A stretch of DNA of 64,000 nucleotides from assembly GCA_964187785.1 (NCBI GenBank), contig OZ076409.1, positions 2,480,001 to 2,544,000 of the forward strand. Reading direction: 5' to 3'. Of the stretch, positions 34,405 through 45,000 are shown piece after piece. The DNA is from Amphiscolops sp. MND2022 (Eukaryota). Below the pieces are notes generated by a model. It was not told the DNA's origin. It worked only from the letters and a program-made list of their open reading frames with translations, and made no database searches. The position numbers and the translations under genes are program-made. Numbering within the stretch: the stretch's first letter is position 1; each line of letters begins with the position of its first letter.

Positions 34405-37400
34405 TGCAGTATCTAGATGCACTAGAGGGTCTGAGGAGTCAGGGTTTTCCTGATGAGCCTATCACTACCCGACGCTATGAAATCTTGCATCGGTTCATGG
34501 ACGGGGTCAGCGATCCCGTGTTGCAACGAGAACTGACGGTGGTAGTTGCGACAGAGGCGCATTTAGCCGACCCACCTACCGTGGAGTCACTTCGGTTCAC
34601 AGTACAGGAACTCCAAAGGAGTCGTCACCAACAACAGCCTCGTGACCCAGGGTGCACCGACACTGTACCTTACCAGTGTCTACAGAGCGACCAAGTGCCG
34701 GGGTCACCAATGGCTCCGCAGCATGGATCGCTGCCACCCCTTGCACGCCGGTCGGCACGATTGCCGATGCCGCCTGCGTCTGTACACACAACCCCCGAAT
34801 ACAGACAGACCGCAACCTTAGAGCAATCCGCGCGCTGCTTGCAGAGTGCTTGCGCGAGACGCAAGCTGGTGGTGCATCGCCCGGAGCATATTCTTGACCC
34901 ACATAGTGAGTCCCAGCAAGGTGCTGCAGCAGCGGTTCCAGCGCCTGCTGTCCCAGTGAAATCGTGCACAACTGAGGTGTCTGCAGGTTGTCCAACATTA
35001 TCAATCCAGTCAGAAACTTCCAGCCCTAGGACTGAAGAAAAGAAGAAAACGGATGCAACGCAAACACTGTCTACTGCCTCTGGCAGGGTATTAATGCTAC
35101 GCCCAGCTGACCAAGCCACCGTAAATGCTCCATTGACTGTCACCTGTGGCACAAAGCAGGTGCAGACAGGTTTGGAGTCCACAACGTTTGACCCTAGTGA
35201 CCGGACTTTATTGTCTGTACACCTAGTGCTGGCCTCGGAGCAACAAATACGCCCAGATTTGACTTTGGAAAAATTGAAGCTGGAGTTAGCTAGCAATTCG
35301 GCTGTCAAAAAGATCTCCTTACCACTGCCAAAAGAATGGTATACTGAAGGCGAAGCTAGTACGTGCACGGCATACACCCCAGTTCCTGTGCATGCCAACA
35401 TAGATGGCGTGGACATGAAATTTGATGGTAGCGTGGTAGTAGATGTGTTCCCTCAAGGAGTGTGCCTAGGGCCACATGAATTACGCTGCTATAGCATCAG
35501 CAAGCAAGAGCCCACAGGTGAGGCCCGCATAGATGAGCGTGCGTCGCTCGTGGTATCTTTCGCAGTGCAAAATGCTAACCCTATTCCACTGAGAGGAATG
35601 GTCGACACGGGGTCAGGCGTATCAATCATGAGTTTCTCAGCCTTCAACCGTGTAGCCTTGCGGACAGGTGTAGCGCTACAACCTTATCGAATCGACTTGT
35701 ATGCTGCTAATGGGAAGACGATAAAAACGCTTGGAATAGCGGAGCGCGTGCGCTTCCAACTTGGTGGATATGAACTCGAAACAAATTTCGTGGTCGTTGA
35801 TGACGCACATGGCTTGGAAGATTTCTTGCTGGGTAGGAATTTTCTGCGAGCATACAACGTGCTGGTAGATCTGACCTCCATGAAAATAGTGGTGCGAGCC
35901 CCGGCTAAGCCCGTGTGGCATCACGCACACGCCCAGACGAGCGATGAAACTTTATCTAGTACAGTAATTTTGGATCAAGACGTGGTGCTACAGCCATTCG
36001 AGCGTGCTGTTCTACGTGCCAAGGTGGTCACTTCGAACTTGGAAGCTTTTGCTTTCAGTAATGTTGTGATTAACTTTGCAACACCGAACCGATTGCTGAA
36101 GAACACTATATTCGTGGAAGACACTATAGCCACTGTTGGAGAGACAGGTTCGTTCTATGTCTCTGTTGGCAATCTGACAAGCAATGCCCAGAAAGTGAAG
36201 TGCGGCACCATGTTTGGTACTGATGCGCCAGTACGCCTAGTCTACCATGCAGTTCCCCAATGCGCGCTAGCGCACAAAGGCAAAAATGACGAAAAATTGG
36301 ATTTCCCAAATGAGTTTGTCAACAGGGTCTACTCTGAAATGGACCTGAACTCGCATTCAAAGTGTTCGTCGTCGTCGGAGTTCGAGTTTCTCTCCTCTAC
36401 AGACCCATCGGAGGAGGGGTTGTCAGAGCGCGAGATCAGAAAACGGACTGACCCTGATCTCTTGGCCCCTATTCCTGGACCCGAATCTCAGTTAGAGGAG
36501 GTACAAAAGTTGTGGGGGAAGACTGCCCGCGACTCGCTGAACAACATCCTTACGGAATTTGATGACCTATTCAAAGCAGACATTGGTCGCTGCACAATAG
36601 CCAAGCATCCTGTTGAGTTGGAGCCTGGGGCTACACCGCACCGTGAAGGCGCGAGAAGAATGTCGCCTGACAAGGCGGAGCGCGCCAATCAAGAAGTACG
36701 CAATCTCTTGGCTTTGGGCATGATCCAACCTTCGCTATCACCTTGGGCGAGTGGAATTGTGATGGTAAAAAATAAAAATGGGGAGTTGCGATTCTGCTGC
36801 GACTTTCGCCCCCTCAACGCTGTCACAATAAAGGACGCGTATCCCCTCCCACGCATCGATGAAAACCTTTCACGCTTGGGTAAGGCCAAGATTTACACTA
36901 GCATTGATTTGGCCTGGGCTTTCTGGCAGATACCAGTCCGCAAAGCAGATAGGCAGAAAACGGCCTTTGCTTGCGAGCTGGGTTTGTTTGAATGGAGACG
37001 TATGCCTTTTGGGATGTGTAACGCTTCAGCTACTTTCCAGCGAGCCATAGCGCGAGCGCTACGGAAAATTGTGAACCGGGAAGGAAGCATGGTGATGGCG
37101 TACATTGGCGACATCGTCATTGCTACCGAGACAGTCGAGGACCACATGGTACGCTTACGCGAGGTATTTGAATGTCTGCGCGAAGCTGGCTTCAAAATGA
37201 GAGTCGCTAAGTGCGACTTTATGAAGTCGGAAATCAAGTACCTGGGACGTGTGGTCTCTGCCGAAGGTATCAAACCTGATCCTAAAGCAGTGGCAAAACT
37301 ACGCGATTGGGAAGTACCGAGGAACAAAACAGAAATGCAAAGCTTTTTGGGCTTCGCTAACTATTATCGAGAGTTCATTCCTTGGCATGCCAAACTTGTG

Positions 37401-38630
37401 GCCCCCTTGCATGCTATTACCGGCCTGGGCGTGATTTTCGCCTGGGGGAATGAGCAGCAACAGGTTTTCAACGCCGTCAAATTGGCTTTGATCGAGGCAA
37501 CTGCCTTGGCGCAACCGGACTCGGAGGACGAATTTGTGCTGGACACTAATGCCAGTGCTGTTGCAATTTCCGGCATTTTGCATCAGTGGCAGGGTCCTCC
37601 GGGCGAAAGGCGCCTGAGACCAATTGTGTATGGTAGCAAGAAGTTGAATGCCACTCAAGCGAATTATGGCGCTCCCAAGCTTGAAATGTACGCAGCTTAT
37701 TATTTCATCTTGAAGAATCACAGTTATCTCTGCTCCAGAAAGTTCATCCTTCGGGTTGACAATCAAGCTCTCTCTTGGCTCAAAACGTATTCCACTGATC
37801 AGGCCTTGATTGGACGATGGATTATGGCATTCGAGAAGTACCATTTCAAAGTGGAGCATCGTCCCAGGACACAGCATAGGAATGCCAATGGCCTCAGTAA
37901 ACGAACCAATGATTATCGATGGCGAGAGAAGCAGCTCGAGAAGCTGCCAGTTGTGACGGACAAATGGAATTTCCTCTCACAGGAGGAGTTTGACCAGCTG
38001 CCCGTTGCACCTTGGTTCGATTTGCATGGTCGGGTGATACCCAATCACCCCCAATTGCCCGCTCACTTGCGGAACACTAAACCAGACCCCACAAATGCAG
38101 TTTGTCGTGTTGCACGACGACGTAAGCGCCGTCAGGCCGCTGAGAAGAGGGAGAGTGCGCTACGCGCTCCTCTACCTGAGGCACTAGTGCCTACATTGCA
38201 AACTCACGAAGACTTCTATCCAGATTATCATGAGGACTGGATTGACGTCACTGAAGAGGCTAGGCAAGATTACTTGCTGCCTACACATGTGGCAAATATC
38301 CCCTCACGCATGACATATGCCCTTGACGAAACAGTGGAGCAAGCCGTGGCTTCCGCTCCAACGGTGGTTAGGCAAGCTGCCCTAGCCATCAAAGACATAG
38401 ACACGGAACTTCATGAACATGCCAACACGGTGCATGGCATCAAGGATCTGCTTTTGGCACAGAATCGTGATGTGCATGTGCTAGCCATAATGAAGTTGGT
38501 AGCACAAGAGTCTATTGATCATGACATTTTTCCTGAAGACGTGCGTGCGTTCGCGCGTAACTATTACAAGCAGAAAAAAGATCTCCTGTTTAAAAAAAAA
38601 AACAAAAATGGAATTTTTTGTGTAGGGTAA
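34374..38630 (+). pseudogene. pol: Gag C-terminus, protease, RT and RNase H of element B, with catalytic substitutions
   Basis: PR VDTGSG...FLLGRNFL; RT SPWASGIV, LRFCCDFRPLN, YPLPRID, MPFGMCNA, YIGD (expected YIDD); RH DTNAS and NANGLS (expected Asp in both). Confidence 0.93.
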
Positions 38631-39720
38631 CCACCTCAGCAACGTCCATTGCACGAACGTCCGTGCATGATTGTAATGCCACAATTGTACCAGCATGAAA
38701 TTTTGTTTCGTGCTCATGATGCCATGGGCCACCAAGGCATTACAAAGGTGGTTTCGCGAATCCAAGAACGCCACACCTGGCCAGGTATTCGCCGCAGCGT
38801 TGGTCAGTACGTGAGTCAGTGCCTCACGTGCCAGCAAGTACGTGACAGGCCGGGTGACGTTCGGTTTCACTTGAAAAATATCCAAAGTGGGTACTTCAAT
38901 GAGCTGGTCCAGTATGACCATCTGAAAATATGCCCCTCCGATAACAATAACACCGGCATATTGGTGGTAATTGACCATTTCTCCAAGTGTACCCTGCAGC
39001 CATTAGGATTACGATGCAGTGGCCACGTCTAGGTTGCTTTTGCAGAAATGGTTTGCCAGACACGGCACGCCTACGCGGATGCAGTCAGATAATGCCCCCA
39101 ACTTGACTGCAGAGGTATCCAATGAGTTCATGAGGGCATCTCAGGTCACAAAAGTTACCTCTAAGGCGGGACATCCGCGCACCCAAGGCCTGGTTGAACG
39201 ACAAAATCGGACTTTGCTGACTTTGTTGGGGGTATTTTGCTCGCGTCGCATGAGAGATTGGGACCAGCATTTGGATGAAGTCATGGGAGCGCATAACTCA
39301 ACGCGCCATGCTACGACTGGGTTTTTACCCTACATGCTGACCCGAGGGACCGAAAAGGCTATTCCTCTCACCTACCTGTATCCGGAGTTCGCAGCCAGAT
39401 CATTTGAATCTGTCTGTCCATATTTGAATCTGTCCATATGTGGAGCATATTCTTGCTCGCCAGCAAGAGATTCATGACTTGGTGCGTAGAAACACGCATC
39501 AGGCGCAACAACGTCAAAAGCTAAAATATGATCGAGCTATTCGTGCAAACGCATACAATGTGGGAGACCCCGTTTGGGTATTCTGCCGCTATGTACCTCA
39601 AAAAGGATCACCGAAGTTGATGAGAGCTTGGCGTGGTCCGCACAAGGTTGTCCATGTACTACAAGATGGCCGCGTCTAAATCCTGGACTCAGGACAAAAA
39701 GTGCACTTTGAGCGGCTGAA
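38631..39720 (+). pseudogene. Integrase of element B (frameshifted)
   Basis: HHCC (HDAMGH...CLTC), DDE (YDH, SDNA, GLVER), GPY/F-like WRGPHKV...VHFERLK; stop at 39677 and several indels. Confidence 0.92.
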
Positions 39721-42054
39721 AACTCAACCTGGTGGCCCTACGGAGTTTGTTGCGCTTCCCTCGGGGAGTGGCGAAGTGGTTGTTGTCATGGATCCTGAGC
39801 CTGAGCACTCTGCTGAGGAGATCCCAGACGACTGCTCACAACCCTCATATCGCGAGGAAGAACCGCTCTCTGAAGCATCAGATGTATTGCTACCATCAAG
39901 GAGACGCCACTGGATGGACACCAGGTTGCGTACTAGAATGCGAGCTGGAGGCAGTCGTCTCCACTATCAGCAATTTGACTATTCCAGTTCCGACTCAGAG
40001 CGTTCGCGCTCTGACGACTTGCTGTCAGATGCCCGAGATCATTCCCAGGAGGAACCTCCGGCGCTATTCGAAGCTTCAATGCCTCTCGATGAACAACCTC
40101 GGTCATTTGAACCTGAAGTTATTCTCGGTCATTTGAAGTTATTCCGGAAGTACCTCAATCGCAAGATATTCCCGTTGCAACTGGAGAAGCCGAAGTATCA
40201 CTAGCGGGTACATCTGCTCCTCTGTTGACAAATCCTACATTGACGGATGTGCCTATTAGTATTCCTCAATTGCCGAATGGTACCTCCAACCTCCAAAACA
40301 CTGAAACCCGTAACACCGAGTTATCCAACACCAACGAGCCAACTGCTCGGAACAATGTCCCTAGCACGCGTGGCAGGGGCAGATCGCAAGCTGCTTTATC
40401 TCGTTGTTCGACACGAGCAACAAAGTCCCGGTCGCAGAACGTGAGCGTGCGCGCTCAAAGGACTCCCAGTCGCAGAGGACGTCCTCGAGGACGACCTCCT
40501 CGGAGGCCACGAGGACACACTATTTCTTCACGGCAAACAGCTCGTGAAAATGACACACAGCCATCAATTACATCCGATTCTGACTCTGATGCGCCCACCG
40601 CGCAGCTTACATCCGATGTTGACCAAGGCGCAACGCAGGTTAACCCACACTATGGCTTACGCCGGAATCGAGTACCTCGATATCGATGTGGAACCTGTGG
40701 GTTCCGCGATTGCACTTGTGTCATGGCTCTGAACAAATCGCCCACTATCCCACTTGGACCTGTGAAAGCTCCGGTGGATCCAAAGCCTCAACCTTTTATC
40801 CACAATGGTAAGCTTCTTGTCAGTCGCGTTGTCATCCGCGCAGAGAAGACATACACCGGTCTAGAACGAGAACGTATCTTCCCTGTAGACGTCGTGCTGG
40901 AAGAATTATCTAAATCCAAGATTGCTGAGGAACCTTGTCCTCGCTTCAAAGAGTGGACCAGCGATCTCCGCGGATTGGAATTCACACTTGCCGTCACAGT
41001 GCCTCCTGTCACTCCTAACATTGTATTTGGACCTTTCAATTATGAGAGGGAACCCATCCAAATGGTCCGCTGTATCACCGCTGACCTCCTATCTGACAAA
41101 TACGGCATCACCTGTCAGCCTGGTGAAGTGTATCGCCCAGCCCAATATTGGTGGTTGCTTGTAACTGCCCCACATGCTCACTCTTTGGTCCAGCCTGACA
41201 GCTTGCGGAGCTGTCTAAAGAGTTTGCGGACTGTTGTCTTTGAGGAACTCATTTTGTGCTTCCACATCGTTGATCTTTATCGTGGAAAACTACGGTTCCG
41301 ATTGTGGCTAGAGCTGATTATCACTTTGTTCGCCAGCTTCCTTCGTATCCGCCTTTTGGATGATTGGACCCATTCCTTCACCGAGCCTGTAACGATCCAC
41401 ACTGCACTTGGTACCCTGGATTCATGGTCAACAGCAAATGTGGATAATCAGTCTCTGTCGAGGTCCGTATGGCAGGATCTATCTGCTATTCGTGGACAGA
41501 ACCATATAGACCCAGCTGATGAAAAAGGTCCCGGACGTCAGATTGTGTTTCCTGGTGCCCTACGACCAAATTTGATCGACTACATTGTTTACGACCAAAC
41601 TGATTTCTTGCAGGTGCAGGGCCACGTAGCAATTTGCTGCCCTGCAGACCTTAATACCAATTCTGCTGCCTTGCGCTACATTCTTCGCGAGTGTGGCAGC
41701 GACAAAATATTCCAACTTCGCCCACCAGTTGGTGAAGTCCTAACTCTCCCATCCTCATTGTCTTTTATAGATAGTCAGGTTCTTCACCTAATGATAACAC
41801 GCCCCTCCCAGCGTTCACCACAAATCACCGATGACTTTTTCTTATGCTTGGAGCACTTGAAAGCTTCATTATTGTCCAACGAAACCCCTGATATTCATTT
41901 CCCCATAGTGGACCCTGAACGCCCACTTCGCAGTTTGGACAATTTTTTTCATAGTGTCATGGACGTTTTTGCAGGAACTGATATCACTGTATTTCTGCAT
42001 GATCGCGTCTATGTCTCCATTGCCAGTTTTGAACAATTTCCTGGCATCACTTAG
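39701..42054 (+). CDS. C-terminal extension of element B Pol: acidic linker, AT-hook-like RGRP motifs, Cys cluster, two TARG1-like macrodomain segments
   Basis: ORFs 39701-40204 and 40225-42054 join in frame when the 20-bp duplication 40124-40143 is removed; by-eye alignment to OARD1/TARG1. Confidence 0.7.
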
Positions 42055-45000
42055 CTTCAACGTAAAAGTTTCTATTTGCTATCCTGATATCTCATGCTAA
42101 ATACGCGTTGCTGGTTACCTTGTGGTAGCGTGCGTTGAAATCCATTGCCAGAACCACACTCCACTTCTTTTCAAGGGGGAAGGGGTGTCTTCAACGCCCA
42201 ATTCATCCTCTAGCATTTTCTTTGCATTTTTTGTTAGTCATTGCTATCTTATTATTAATGAAGGTGCTCAACTATCAAAGCCCGGGGAGCCCCACTGCAA
42301 TAAAAAAACCCAAAAACTCTCCATGTATTGCTACGCCCGAAAGGTGCTATTTTTGTTTTTTTTTCAAGACTTCCAGAAGTTTCCTCCAGATTCCAATGTG
42401 ATATCCGGAGAAATAAGGAGCGCGCGCGCTCCTGATCTGCAAATGGTCACTTTTGATCTACCTTTGTCTGCTTTACTCCAGTGCTTACTCTTACGAGCAG
42501 TTCGTAGTTTGCTTCTGATGCGCTCCTTGACAGATGCTACTGAACTCTATACAGGTATGGAGCTGCACATCAGTGCGTGTTGCCCAAACCAATCCGAACT
42601 GTAAAAAATAAAGTATCAAAGAAACAGCTTGTCTTCCTTTTAAACAGTGGTTTTACTGCTGAAAAGAACTTTTAGCGAAAAGAACTTTTAACCGTGCTGC
42701 AAACCGAAATTTTATTGCCGTGGAAAAGATGTTTTTCATGAGAACCACGTGCGCTTTGGAGCGTGAGCGCTCCGCAAAAAAAAGTTTAGACGTCCAAAAA
42801 CCAAAGTGCTAGCAGGATCCCATTCAGACTTTTGCAGAAAACTCGTGCTAAAAAAGTGGTGCTTTTTTGATTGATGTATGGAATCTTGGATTTGATCAAT
42901 TTCAAGGTGCATTTTTGAGTACTGGTTTTCTAGCTCTCGAGCTAGCTCTGTTTCAACAGTTTGTGGACGATGCAGGTTCTCTGGATGGCAAGAAGCAAGA
43001 CCTCATGGTTGCCCAATCAGCAAAAGATGACAGTGCCACTGGACCGTTGCAACATCACCAGTTTGAGATCCCCGTGGATTGCACTCATGATGTGGCGATG
43101 TGTTCAATGCCAGCTTCTCCGCATGACAGGGACGTCATGCATAAAGCCCGGGGAGTGATGTAACGGCAAGCTCTGGTACAGCAATATCAACCGATTTTGC
43201 TACTTTGACATGTTCAGAAATTTTGTCAAAAATTCTAATCCGATGTGTGACGTGGCACTGAGCATGTGATTGCTCTTTTAGCTGTTTCCACGAAATTGGC
43301 AGGTACTTCGACAACAACGAGCAAGAACGAGCAAAAACACGGGCGCGCCGCCACAACAAAAGCCAGAGACGGCAAGAACATCCGAAAATAGACTCTTTTT
43401 GAGGTGCTAACACCGGTTTTATCGATTTTCAGCATTATGCTACCCTATGTAGCGGAAACCGTAAAAATGAGTCTTTTCGCCTAAAGATCCTTGTTTAGTG
43501 CTTGGAACCCCTGCGCCCCAGCTTTTTAGCTGTGTGGTTTGCCATATTCGTGCCTGTTTTCATGTATTTTCAGTGATTTTGGCTGTATTCAGTAGCGCTA
43601 GCGCTAGTTTAGATCTTATTTCCCAATTTTAGATCTTATTCACATGTCACCCTGGAACTGGAAATTTACCTTATTCTTGGCATTGTTTTTATATGCTAGT
43701 TAAGCGGTGGTCTTTAGAGAGTCAGAAAGATGCCCGTTACTATTAGCAATCAAAGACTAGGACCGGTTGGACAGTATTCGTCGAAGCACACGCGGCCCCG
43801 GGACGTATTTCACCCTGGAGGCAAAATGGATCTGTGGCGATGGGCGCCTGTCCCGAGCGATTCGCCCCTTCCTGCAGGTTCCTCCACCTCTGTTAACGCG
43901 TTAAGCGACCGATAACTGCTTGCCGTTACAATATTTCTCAATCGGCGATTCCATAATTCGATTCTATAGTGTTCACAGATTCGTTTTTAGTATTTTTCAC
44001 CCAGTGCGATACCTGAAAATCTTGCAAAACCTCGGAGGCTGGATTGTAGTGACCTCCATACTTTGCTATCGGAGTCTGATAAGGCTCTTGAACACTGGTC
44101 AGAGTCAAAACCGTTTTTATGGGCAAATTTAGCTTGTCATAATTGAATCTCAAGATCGATTGGAAATTGACTACATATGTATTCCATTTTGGTGAGCTCG
44201 TGTTTGTATTTGGTATTTGAAGATTTCGATAATATCTTGTACCATAAGCTGCTTGTTCTGAATGCAGTGGGATTGGCCCAAATATGACTCAAGTATGTCC
44301 ACACGGGGATCACCACGCAATTCATAAGTTTCAAAATGGTGGAAGGCGTGATGAATTGATTCTGTACAAGAGGTTCCAAAACTCCCATGGCTTTTTCTGC
44401 TTTTCTTGAACATTTCCCGAATTGTGCTCGAGAATTCAAATTGTTATCGATTGTGATACCGAGCGCTGTTGACTCTGTCGCGAACTTTATTGTGTCTCCT
44501 TGCAACACTATATTTTTTGTAGGTTCTCGGATTTCTTCACGGATACTTGAAAAGATGACAACTTCTGTTTTCGGCCCCGAGATTTTAAGACGCCACTTTC
44601 CAACCCATTTTGTAATTTCTTCGCAATCTTTTTGATTATGCGACAGAGCTTCTTCTATCGAGTCAGCTGCTGAAACATGTGTGGCGTCGTCAGCGTACTT
44701 TTCAAATTTACCTTTGAATTCTTGGAACATTTCTGCAAGGTAAAAGATAAATAAGATTGGGGAGAGAATGCTTCCTTGAGGGAGGCCAACTTCTAGCTTG
44801 AAGCTTTCTGATCGGTTCTCGCCTATTTCGATGTAAACGTTTCTGTTTCGGAGATAATGGTCAATGATGTTCAAAATGTAGCTGTTTATTCCTGCTTCAC
44901 GCAGTTTATACATGAGACCGTCAATCCAAATCGAGTCGAATGCTTTCTCGAGGTCGATGAAAAGGGCAGCCGCAACTTTTCCTTGCTCAATAATATTTTG

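Larger units (their letters stand above)
27627..43930 (+). mobile_element. LTR retrotransposon B, Gypsy-like, 16304 bp, decayed
   Basis: 772-bp LTRs 27627-28398 and 43159-43930 (TGTAAC...GTTACA, ~19 substitutions by eye); PBS 28414-28430; PPT 43147-43158; domain order PR-RT-RH-INT; ATA/ATA flanks. Confidence 0.95.

Noticed and set aside
34374..39720. Element B as currently active
   Set aside because: YIGD, DTNAS and NANGLS substitutions, integrase frameshifts and stop, and ~2.5% LTR divergence
40225..42054. env gene in the third-ORF position
   Set aside because: No signal peptide or transmembrane anchor is evident, and it rejoins the integrase frame once a 20-bp duplication is removed
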